A stretch of DNA of 64,000 nucleotides from Cyanophora paradoxa CCMP329 (lineage: Eukaryota > Plantae > Glaucophyta). The notes under the pieces are model-generated. The model saw only the letters and a program-made list of their open reading frames with translations, had not been told where the DNA came from and did no database searches. Positions 9,227-20,163 of the stretch are shown here, piece by piece; within the stretch, counting starts at the first letter, position 1, and every line of letters begins with the position of its first letter. The DNA is taken from the NCBI GenBank assembly GCA_004431415.1, contig QPMI01000408.1, positions 372,001-436,000 on the forward strand. The letters run 5' to 3'. The position numbers were made by a program, and so were the translations under genes.

Positions 9227-11515
9227 TACATCTGCGGAGATGAGTTTGGAGCTACTATAACTGATGACAATGGTAACACATATCAAGTTAAAAAGGTTAG
9301 AGACCACGATCACATTACAGGAGATTACCTTGGAGCAGCTTGCAATACTTGCAATCTGAAACGAAAGATCAATCCAAAGATCCCAGTTGTGTTCCACAAT
9401 CTAAAAGGTTACGATGGACACTACATTCTGAAGGCTTTGAATTTCAATGAACCTGGTAAGGAAATTCGTTGCATTGCCCAGAATTTTGAGAAGTTCATAG
9501 CATTCGATATGGGACCATACAAGTTCATGGACTCTTTGAATTTCATGGCTTCGAGCCTTGATGGTCTGGTAAAGAATCTCAGTAAGAATAATTTCAAATT
9601 CACCAATGAGTGGTGTGATTCTGTAAATTACTCACAGGAACAGCGAGAGCTACTGATGCAAAAGGGACACTTCCCTTACGACTACCTGGATAGCTTCGAG
9701 AAACTCAGTGAGACCCAATTACCTCCCAAAGAAGCTTTCTACTCGAAACTCAATGATACTGAATTAAGTGACTCCGACTACAAGCATTGCCAGAGGGTAT
9801 GGGACGCTTTCAACTGCAAAACTCTCGGAGATTATCACGATATCTATCTTTCTACTGATGTTGCTCTGCTTGCTGACGTTTTCAATACATTCCGCAATGT
9901 TTGCTACAGTAATTATAAGATCGATCCTATCCATTTCATTTCAGCTCCTCACCTGTCATGGTTCGCGATGTTGAAATATACAGGTGTGGAGTTGGAGCAA
10001 TTGAGTGACCCTGAAATGTATAGATTCTTTGAACTTGGAATTCGTGGAGGTGTTTGCATGGTTCCCAATCGTTATGCAGAGGCTAATAACCCCTACATGA
10101 AGTCTTATGATCCATCAAAGTCAACAAAGTATATCACCACTTGGGATGCCAACAATCTGTATGGGAAAGCGATGAGTTTCAAGCTACCCAGAGGTGGATT
10201 TGAGTGGATTGATGACATCGAGAATTTCGATTATATGGGCTTTGATGTGGAAGGTGATAGAGGTGCAACTTTGGAGGTTGACTTGGAATATCCAGAACAC
10301 CTACATGATCTTCACAGTGATTTACCTCTTGCTCCCGAATCTCTAATAATCACCAAGTCAATGATTTCACCAACACAGCTTGAAATGATTGGTGATGAAA
10401 AACTACCCCAGACTCGTAAGTTGGTTCCCAATCTGATGAACAAGACCAATTACATCCTACACATCAAAAACTTGCAGTACTACATCTCAAAAGGATTGAA
10501 GGTAACAAAGGTTCATCGTGGGATTATGTATGATCAATCTGAGTGGCTGAGACCATACATCGATTTCAATACCGGACTGCGGACGCAAGCTCGTAATGAT
10601 TTCGAGAAAGATTTCTACAAACTCATGAATAACTCAGTTTTCGGAAAGACCATGGAGAACGTTCGCAAGCGAAGTAACATAAAGCTTTGCAACGATCCCA
10701 GGGTGCAGCTCAAACACAACGGCAATCCATTGTTGAAGACAGTGAAGATTATCAATGAGAATCTTACTGCTTTAGAGTTCTATAAGGGTTCTATTATGTT
10801 GGATAAACCCATTTATGTTGGTCAGGCTATCTTGGATCTGTCCAAACTAATCATGTATCGTTTCCATTACGATTACATCATGGTGAAGTATGGACCTGGA
10901 TCAGCCAAGCTGCTCATGACTGATACAGATTCCCTGTATTATCTGATTGAGACTGACGATATCTACAAAGACATGATTGAGGATTCTCATTGGTTTGATC
11001 AGTCTGATTACAGCAAATCCCACATCTGTTACAACCCTAAAAATAAAAAGGTTCCCGGTTTGTTCAAGGATGATTGTGGTGATTATCTCGTTACAAGGTT
11101 TGCTGGTTACAAACCAAAAGCATACTCCTACGAGAAGGAGTTGAATGTTAAGGCTCTGGGATCAGAAGAAAATGTAAAACAGGTGATTGCTGACAAGTTG
11201 AAGGATTTGTTAAGAGTGAAGTCGAATGCTACGGAAGCTGATGTTATTGATAGTAAGGTTAAGAAGTTGAAGGGAGTTCAGCGGTCAGTAGTGCAGAATA
11301 GGTTAGAGTTCCTACAATTCTACAACACTGTCATGTATCCAATGAAGGAGCGGGAGAAAGTAACAGTTCGAGGTTTCCGATCAAAGAACCACGAGGTAAC
11401 AACGCAGGAAATGAAGAAAAGGGCATTCAATGCGCTCGATACTAAGAGGTATCTTTGTGAGGACCTCTATACTACTCTTGCGATTGGACACTATAAAACA
11501 AAAACAACACTATAA
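9227..11515 (+). pseudogene. Protein-primed B-family DNA polymerase (pPolB), lacking its N-terminal part
   Basis: Begins mid-motif at (C)YIC...VRDHDHITGDYLGAACNTCN (EndoVII-like insertion), then ExoII FHNLKGYDGHYI, FMDSLNF, KGHFPYDY, ExoIII Y..TDV.LLADVF, motif A WDANNLYG, B KLMNNSVFGK, C MTDTDSL. No ExoI or N-terminal region upstream. Confidence 0.9.
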
Positions 11516-11520
11516 TAAGG

Positions 11521-12578
11521 ATGGACCAGGTTCTGAGTTATACCAAGTATCGACAGAAATTGATTAAAGAAGGTATCACATTTGATGAGGAAGAACTAAG
11601 AAAGCGTTTTAAAAATCAAGAGCTTGAGCAGATCTTTAAGAAGCCCAAAAAGCAAAAGTCTTTCTTGCGGATCATTGCTCCACCCAATTCCTTTCAGGTT
11701 GATGTGATTTATTTCAAAAGCTACAAGACAGCAACACATGGAGTGGATAGGATGCTGGGATTTGTCGATATATTGAGTCGGAAAGCATTTGTATACCCTT
11801 TCAAGCCAAAGGATTCGAAAATCGATATTTTCAACAGGTTCAAAGTTGAGGCAGGCAAGGTTAGTGCTATCTCAGGAGACAATGAGTTCTCTGCTGAGAT
11901 TTATAGGAAATGGTGTGAGGAAAACAATGTTACACTCTACACTGATGTAGCTAAGAATGACCACATCACAGTAGGTGATAAACTTGGTATTATCGATAGG
12001 TTCACCAGAACTTTTAAACAATATTTGAGAAAAGCAATAGTTTCGAGTGGGAACCCAAAATGGACTGATTATTACAAACAGGTTCTGGCAACTTACAACA
12101 ACAGTCCACACACTTCCCTAAAGAATGATTCACCCAATGCAGTGTATGGGAATAACGAGAAAGAATCGTTCATATATTTGCGTGATGCATTGCATAACAA
12201 ACGTATTAAAGAAGGTAGCCCAACAGTAAAGGAGGGAGATTATGTTCGAGCTGTAACTGAAAAGAAGACTTTCGATAAAGAAGGAGCAAGATACAGCAAA
12301 CAAGTGTATAAAGTAGCAGGCAAGGTAGGTAATCGATTTAGTTTATTGGAAGAGAATGAGGGAGAGAGTCCAAAGGAAGTAAAACGAAACTTTAAACTGA
12401 ACGAGTTGCAAAAAGTAGATAAGGCAGCAATTGTTAAGATTCCCACACAGAAGCGTGTGGAGCGAGTGAAAAAAAAACGAAGGTAAATAGATTAGTAGCA
12501 AAAGAGGGTATCAAGCCCAATAGGAGCAAAGTAGTTAGGAAGAGGTATAATTTACGAAGCGGGTTGACTAGACGTTAG
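11521..12578 (+). CDS. rve integrase of element B (frameshift in A9 run at 12469-12477; true stop TAG 12576-12578)
   Basis: Colinear paralog of 7977..9035 (FQVDVI, VDILSRKAF, GDNEF, IIDRFTRTFK). The -1 frame after the A-run encodes VNRLVAKEGIKPNRSKVVRKRYNLRSGLTRR*, matching the tail of integrase A. Confidence 0.9.
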
Positions 12579-12937
12579 GCTGTGAGGTATGAACCATCTT
12601 TCGATTCAACAATTTTCGTGATAGGTCTGAACACTTTGAAAATTTCTTTATAATGGATTCCTTTAACATACCAACCCTTATGAATTGGGTCCCATCTGAG
12701 ACCATAAGATTTCGCTAATTGGATGTCTTTGAAAGCAACTTGACAAAACATTTTAACATTAATGTATTTGATTTCGTCTTCTGTTAGTTTTCGGAATTCT
12801 TTGAAGATCTCACTGTTTTCATCTTCAACAAACCATAGCTTCTTTTCAAAATCCCATTTTGCTCCTTTTGATTTCACGGATTCACGATCATCATATCGAG
12901 AGAAAATGTAAAAGCGTTGTTGTGGCTTGGTTTCCAT
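12575..12937 (-). CDS. DUF5710-like protein with two repeats
   Basis: Two copies of the K..G(A/L)(K/R)WD...K.W(F/Y)V pattern: KSKGAKWDFEKKLWFV and AKSYGLRWDPIHKGWYV. Confidence 0.7.
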   Translation of the reverse strand: METKPQQRFYIFSRYDDRESVKSKGAKWDFEKKLWFVEDENSEIFKEFRKLTEDEIKYINVKMFCQVAFKDIQLAKSYGLRWDPIHKGWYVKGIHYKEIFKVFRPITKIVESKDGSYLTA

Positions 12938-12989
12938 TTTTATTCAGATTATCAGATTATTTTTATATGAAACAATCAATGAGGAATAA

Positions 12990-13209
12990 CCGAGATTATG
13001 ATATAACATCGATTGTTGTTACTGAGGCTTACTGAGATTTTACGTTTTGTTTTGTGTGGTTACTGTGAATGGTTTGTTTTTGATTTGGTTTTGTCGAAAC
13101 GTTTGTGGAATATCGAAAAGTTTAAAGTTTATTCGATTTTATTACCATATATAATTTCGTGGGGCAGTATGCCCATTTTACATTTTTTTGATCATGCATA
13201 TGCTAAGCT
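12990..13209. repeat. Putative right terminal region of element B
   Basis: ATATAACATCGATT (13001-13014) and ACTGAGGCTTACTGAGATTT (13021-13040) match element A's terminal motifs; T-rich non-coding DNA up to the GC shift. Confidence 0.55.
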
Positions 13210-15440
13210 GCAGACGTCGACCCACACTCGGGCGGTGTCTTGCTTGCTGCTGTCCTACCCGCTCGCGCTGGTCCACAGAGCCCTGCCAGGCGTGCTGGCG
13301 CGGCACCTCTTTTCCATCGCGATCGGCGGCGCATTCGTTCTCTTCTGCTACAGCGATGCCATGCCCGACTTTATCGGCGTGTCGGTCATCGCATATGTAA
13401 TCATGCGGTGCTCGCCCCTCCGATCGCGCGCATGCGCCCGCGGCCGTACGGTGGGGCGCCGACAGCGTGATGCGCACGCGCAGATACGGCCCCCCGCGCT
13501 TCGCGCCTCTGCTCGTATCTCTGGCGGCCCTCTCCCCCCTCTGGCTCTCCCTGACCTGTCGCACGTGTACCCGTCGGGGTCCTGTGTTCACGTGTGCGCC
13601 CGGGCTTCCGATTGCTGATTCGGAAGTCTCGAGCTCTTTTATTCAAGATTGAGTTTGAGACGCCGAGCTGCGCATGCGACAGCCCCGCAGGGATTCCTCG
13701 CCTTTAAGCTAATAAGCGCCGCGTTCAACCTGTACGAAGGGGCGGCGAACAAGGATCCGACTGCCGGGCAGCGCGCCCGCGCAATCGGCAGGGTGCCACC
13801 CCCCCTCGAGGTCCGTCCGTAAACGTACGCGTACGCACGGGTCGCCCTCTGTGGCACCCGCCTCGCGATCGCGTTCTCACATGTACGCTTAAACGCGCCC
13901 CGGAAGTTCTTCTCGTATGTCTGCTTCTTTCCCGCGGTTCTATTCGGGCCCCTGCTTGAGGCGCGTTTCTGGCCCTCTCTCAGCATATCCCAAATATTTC
14001 TCCGCACACTCTTAACTCGTAATGAATCGCGCCTGCTTCCGACAGCTGAAGGAGTACCTCACGTTTGCGGACCGCTCCGCGTTCAAGGGCCGCGTCCCCG
14101 TGCACAGCCGCAGCCGAACCGACGCCGCTCGCCCCACGAAACAGGTGCGCATGTGTGCCTTTCTGTTTTGAATATATTCGCCGTAATCTCTTAAATTATT
14201 TAGCGATATCGATCCGCTGCGCACACCCATGCGCAGGTCGGGGCTCCGTTGAGCGCGGTCTCGCGGTTTCTTGCCGGGGGCCTCTGCTACATCATGCACT
14301 CTTTGCTAGAGGTCGCCAGCGCCTGCTCGCGCAATTTTCCGTTGACCTCATCTCCTCGCGCAATTTATTCTTTCCTGGCGCTCTCGCTTTATGTATCCAT
14401 AGGAACTGGCGGCGCTTATTTCCGAGCGGCACAAAGAGGTGCGGCCAGCGAGTCGACGTCGGCCCCATTCAAGTTTTCGAATCAATCTGATCATGAATAT
14501 TAATTCCAATCCTCGCACGCCAGATTGGACACGCTCCCATCCCCCTCTACCTTCACGTTGCGTTCGCGGGCCTCCAAATGCACCTTCGGTACGGGGCCGG
14601 GCTCATCGGATGAGTCTTGAAGCCCTTTAATTTCTTCGACTCTTAACGCCGCAAATTCGAACGCGCGGCAGGCACTACCAGCTCTGGAAGACCACGGAGG
14701 GCGCTTGCCTCATGGCCGGCGTTGGGCTCAGCCCCGATCCCACGACGGGCGCCGTGCGTAAAGTTCTTTGATTTGATTTGAGCGACTCGGCGATTTCTGA
14801 GGAACTCGGATTTATTCCGCTCTTCGAATTTTTCTTCGCATTTTCAGGAGCGGTGGGAGGGCGCGGCCGACGTGCGCATTCGGCACACGCTGCTCGGGGC
14901 AAGCATCCGCGAGCTGGTCGGTGAGCTCTCGAGGACGCGAGCTGTCGGCGTGCTCGTGTCACGTCATCTAAATTAAAACTACTGGCACTGATCACGAAAT
15001 CCTTTTTGATCATCACTGTCAGCGAACTGGCACATCAGCTTGGCAAACTGGTTGAGGCGCTACGGGTGCATTTTCGAAAATTCTCCTTTAGCCATTTCAA
15101 ACCTGCGCATGCCGCAGTGCGGGCCCATGGATACTCAGATTGCCTTGCACAGGTACGAGCGCCTCCGCCTACTCGGGCTGCCCCAGCCTTTGGGGTACGC
15201 CCCAACCCGAGCGACGTCCGCTACTGCCAAATCAAGTTCGATGCCGACTTTGCTCTTCGAATTCGCAGCGTGGCGGCGACGTTCCTCGCCTCGGGACTCC
15301 TCCACGGGCTCCGGGCCCGCTTCTTCGCCAGGCGAGCCTCGGAGCCGCCCGCCGCCTATAGCTACGCGCCAGGCGCCCCGGCCCGCGCCAGGCGCCCTCG
15401 TCCGATCCTCGACCTCGACCCTGTCCATGGCCATTAATAC
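13210..15440 (+). CDS. MBOAT-family lysophospholipid acyltransferase (multi-exon; 5' end cut off by the viral insertion; may be degenerate)
   Basis: Exon fragments in MBOAT order: CLLLSYPLALVHRALP..RHLFS; FLAFKLISAAFNLYEG; FFSYVCFFPAVLFGPLLE; RHYQLWKTTEGACLMAGVG; NWHISLANWLRRY..YERL; ATFLASGLLHG (catalytic His). 3' end approximate. Confidence 0.75.
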
Positions 15441-16875
15441 AGAACTCGCAGCGCGATCCTGGCTTCCCTCGCGGTGGAGGCCAGCCGCGCGACGTGCCGG
15501 CGGCTCTGGCCTCTTTTCGAGGGGCGCCGCGCCACGCGAATCGTTTACCTGCTCTCGGGCATCATCGCGACGCAGGCACGTCTCGTTTTAAATTCGAAGC
15601 TTTAGCGCTGATTGTCATGATTAATATTACGCATGCACTCACCTGACCCTAGGCTTGCAAATAGTCTCTAGGCTAGAATGCCATATTTATTTGAAATCCA
15701 GTCGCCTTGATTTAAATGGTTTTCTTGTCATGATCACAGGTCGCCTTCGTGATGGCGCTCCTGCCGGTGATTTTCAACCTTGACACCGATGGCATTATGG
15801 TGACCTGGACAACCTGGAGAATATTAACAGTCTAGATCTGATCTCCGCATCGCATGGATGACCCACGCCCCGTCCCGCCCCGCCCCGCACGCGCGCAGCG
15901 CTGGAAGGGGCCGCTGCTCGCGTTTGCGGGCGTCTGTGCAGCGGCTGTGGCCACCGACAAGGCGCTGCCCGCCCCCGGAGTGCGCGCGAGGCCGCGGGCG
16001 CATTTGCAGTTGAATCTGGCACGGGAACCGGCCGCGGATCGTACGGCGCTGCGCATGCAGCTGGAAATGGCCGGCGCCATTCGAGAGAACTCGAAGGTCA
16101 AGGTCCCGTGAACTTGGTATAGATAGAGAATTCGCAGAGAATAGTTTCAACAGAGGTGTATACGTAGGTGCCGATGCACACTGCGAGGCCGGGCCAGGGC
16201 CAAACGCTTAAAGCTTAATTATATATAAGGGAAGTCTCAAGTCACGATCGATATCATGCATATGGGCGCGGGCTCGGGCAACCGCATGCGCAAGTCACGC
16301 CTGCTGCAGGGATCATGATCATGGGCGCGCGGAGCCCGCGCACAGCTGCGCATGCAGGGGCTAGCGCTGGTCATGAAGTTTTTGGAAGGGCATGCGCAAG
16401 TTATGCCAGGGTCGGCGGCCCTGCCCCGGCCGGCCGCGGCGCCGCGCGCCGCGCCGGCGCCGCGCCGGCGCGGGTTCGCGGTACGGGCCGAATCGAATGG
16501 GCCGAACTTGATCATGCAGATGATCATGATCATGAGCTGTACCCGGCCGTCGCCATTTGACCTGTACCCGGTCGGCGCGGCAAAACTTGGGCAAATTAAA
16601 TCCGAGCGCCTTCACGCGTCCGATCGGCGATCGACAGGTCAAAGCAGCGGTACTGCACGCCCGCGCGGAACGAGAGGAGCGCGCCGGGACCGGCGCCGTC
16701 GCATTCGCAGCTGCAGTCGGCCGCGCGGGGTTGGCCTGGATTCTTCGACAGCCTTGGGGTTGCTGCCGGGCGCCCCAGGTTGATCGCTTTGCCGCCGGGC
16801 GCCCCAGGCCAGCGGCAGGCCCAGCTGCAGGCCGCGCGCGTCGAACGGTCCCACGCCCGCCGGCCGCGGCGAGCG

Positions 16876-19800
16876 ATGGTCCTCAGCCTGTCGTGCGTGC
16901 GCGTGCTTTCCTTTTGGGCGTGGGTGACACCGCCGACGATTCCCTCACGCCCCCCATTTGCATACGCAGCGGTTTTGGCGCCGGCTGCCACCAGAACCAG
17001 CCCCGGGAGCCAGCTGCAAGCGCGGGCGGCACTGCGGAGGAAGAGCGAGCTGCCGCGACGCAGACGGAAGAGTGCGCTCCGGGCGCCCTCGGGCGCCCCT
17101 CGGCGCCGCTGACCTGCCTCCGGCATGCGCAGCTGCAGGCGTCGCGGCGAGCGCTGCGCGCGGCGGCGGCTGAGCGGGAGGAAGCGGAGCCGCGGCGCGT
17201 GCGAGCTCGAGTCCCCGACCGAGACCGCGGCGCCCGAGGAGGGGGCCGCGGCCTCGGACGAGGCGGGGCGGCTGCGGGCGGCTCTCGCGCGCGCGCGCGC
17301 CGAGCTCGCGGCGGAGCGCGCCCTCCGGGGGACGCGGTACGTGTACGTGTACCCCGAGGTGCAGGTTCCCGCCGCCCTTCGGTGCGCCCCGGCCCCGACC
17401 CGGCCCGCCCATCTCGACAGCTGATTGGGCGCCAGTCACAGCACCCCGGCGAGCAGGAAGGCGCTGGCGGAGGGCGCTACGGTGCCGGCGGGGCAGCTTG
17501 CGGAGCTGCGAGGGGAGCTCCGCCGGGTGGAGGGGGCGCGGCGGCGGTACCTTCGGCGACGGACGGGCGTCTTTGTGGCGGCGACGGCGGCGGAGGAGGA
17601 GGAGGAGGAGGCGGAGGCGGAGGAGGCGACGGGCGCTCTGCCGGATGAACTCCTCCTGCGCGTCTTCGAGCTGCTTGCCGAGGTCCGCCCGGCCCCGCCC
17701 GCCCCAGCGGCCCGCCCCGGCGCCTGCCGAGGCCGAGGCGGGGCGCCGGTGCAGCGGGGCTGGGCGGAGGGGGCGCTGCCGGAGGCGCACCGGCAGCTGT
17801 GCGCGGCGATGCGCGTCTGCCGCCGCTGGCGCCGCCTCGCCTCAGAGCCTCGCCTCTGGTCCACGTTCCACCTCCGGCGCGCCCGCCCGCCCGCCCCGCA
17901 GCCCCACGCTTCGCCCCGCGACCGCTCACCGCCCCGAACGCTGCAGGGCGCACGCGCTGCAGCTGCCGTGGGCCCTCCACGCGCTGGCGGCGCTCCCGCG
18001 CTTCGCGTCCCTGTCTCACCTGAGCCTGGACCTCGTGGTCGGGGGCGTACCCCCCGACTTCCGCGAGGCCGCCGCCGACATCGCGGGCGAGATGGGCGCC
18101 TGCCTCTCCGCCCTCGCCTCGAGCTCCGGCGCGAATTCGAAGCGGGCGGGCCCGCCGCCCCTGCCGGACCTCCGGGAGCTCGACCTTCGCATCCTCGAGG
18201 CGCGCCCCATCGCCGCCCCCGCGCCGCCTGCGCCCGCCTGCGAAGCTGAGCGAGCGCAGGCCAAGCGGAGCGTGCTCGCGCTCGACCGGGAGGGCGTGCT
18301 GGCGCCGGCGGCGGCCCGCCTGCCCTGGCTCCCCGCCTGCACTCCGGACGACCTGCGCAGCGCCCTGCGGCCCCTCCCCAAGGACTCCGCGTGGAACCTC
18401 TTCGGCGAGATTGGTGCGATCAATATCGGCCCCCGCGAATCGAGATCCGCTCCGCCAGCGACCCGCGCGCCCCCTCCGCAGCCGCCCGCCTGCGCCTGTC
18501 GGAGCGGTTCCCGGGCCTGCGGCGCCTCTCGCTGCCGGGCGACGACGTCGGCCGCTGGGCCGCCCTCTGCCGCCTGGGGGCCCCCTCCAGCTCCCTCGAG
18601 GAGTGAGCGCCCGCCCCCTACCCCCCCTCCCTCCCCTTCCCCCCCTCCCCCTGCCCTGAGCCTCGGCCCCGGCCGGCAGGCTGGACGCGCGCGTCGACTT
18701 TTCGCGCGGCGTCGCGCACGACCCGCGCGATTCCTTCCTCCGCGCCGTCCGCCCCGCCCCGCCCCGCCCCGCCCCGCCCCGCCCCGCCCGGCCCCCCGCT
18801 CGAGCTCGCGGCTCATCGGCTGTGCGCCCGCCAGTTCCCGCGGCTCCGATGGCTGCGCAGCGCCTCGGCGAGCACGGGCGAGGCGCTGGAGCAGCTGCGC
18901 GCGCAGCTCGCGCCGGCGGGGCCCGCCGGCCGGCCGCCCCCCGGGCTCGAGCTCGGGCGGCTGAAGGTTGCCAACGTCGAGTTCGGGCGGGGGCCGGAAT
19001 GCGGTCGGCTGGCGGACGTAATTCGAGCCTGCATCGAGCGGCTGCGTCCCCGCGTCCTCTCCCTGAACGGGTGCTCCGGCCTCGACCGCCTCGCCGGCGC
19101 CATCGGCCCCTCCGTCCAGTGCGGCCACGCACTGTACCCCCCCACGGCACCGTACCCCGGCCCTGACCGCTGTACCCCGCTCCGGCAGGGAACTCGTGCT
19201 CGGGCCGGGCACGCTCTCCCTCACGCGGCCCGAGGACTTCGCGCGGCTCGCCGGTGCGGTGTATACCCCCCCCCCCCGCCGAAATATCGCGCCCACGCCT
19301 TTCCGCCTGACCCGTACTTCACCCCTAGGCTCCCTGCCTTCGGTCCGCGAGCTGACCCTCGCGTGCCATACGTACGAGGCGTACGATGCGTATGAGTGCG
19401 CCCCCCCCCCCCCCCCCCCCCCCCCTCCCTCCCTTCCCCCCTTCCCCCCCTCCACCCCCTCCCTCCCCTCCCCCTCCTCCCCACCCCCCCATCTCCCCCA
19501 CCTCCCTCGAGCTCCCACCCCACTCCCCCTCCCACCCCCACCTCCCCCATCCACTCCCCTCCCCCTCCCCCCACTTCCTCCCCACATACTCTCCACCCTT
19601 CTTTCCGTTCTCCGTGCCCTGAGCCGGTCGCGGGCGGCAGGCGGGATCGCGACGCGGAGATGCTGCAGCTCGCCGAGGCGGCGATGGCGCTGCCGGCCCT
19701 GCGCCGCCTGCGCCTCCGGGGCCCCGCGCCGGCGACCCTGGGCGGCGCCCGCCGCCTGGCCGCCCTGCGCGCCGCCGGCGGCCTCGGGCCCGTCGCCGTC

Positions 19801-20163
19801 GCCCGGGGCCGCCCGTGGACCGCGCAGTGGGGCAGCGAGGCGGGGGAGGCCTCGGTGCGCCCCCGCCACGCGTGCGCAGCGGCTCCAAAGCTTCGCTGAG
19901 TCGTCGACTCGCAGGACGGGGGCGAGGGCGAGGCGGGGGGCGGGGACGGGGAAGAAGGGGAGGGCGAGGAGGAGGACGAGGAGGACGAGGAGGAGGACGA
20001 GGAGGAAGAGGAGAAGGATGACGAGGCCCCGCCCTCCGAGGACTCGGACGGGTACCCGATCTGCCGTTCCTGGGACGAGCTCGAGCGGCCCGAGGCGGGG
20101 GGGTACGCGTACGATCTAGACTCGGAAGACGAGGAGAAGTACATGGCCATGTTCTATCAATGA
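16876..20163 (+). CDS. F-box protein with degenerate LRR-like region and acidic C-terminus (multi-exon)
   Basis: GALPDELLLRVFELL...MRVCRRWRRLASEPRLW F-box signature (~17630-17860), L..L.L repeats, E/D-rich tail, stop TGA 20161-20163; start codon uncertain. Confidence 0.7.

Larger units (their letters stand above)
9227..13209. mobile_element. Polinton-like element B (right part), apparently interrupted by element A
   Basis: Truncated pPolB, second integrase, DUF5710-like gene and a terminal region sharing motifs with element A; abrupt switch to GC-rich host DNA at ~13180-13210. Exact right end uncertain (…GCTAAGCT at 13209 proposed). Confidence 0.75.

Noticed and set aside
1-13200. Bacterial/phage contamination or an alternative genetic code
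   Set aside because: Gene set is that of eukaryotic Polinton-like viruses, long ORFs are open in the standard code, and the block joins host DNA at a terminal-repeat-like region.
13013-13618. 201-aa ORF as a virus-host fusion gene
   Set aside because: Non-ATG start in the T-rich terminal region running by chance into an MBOAT exon and intron; no support for expression.
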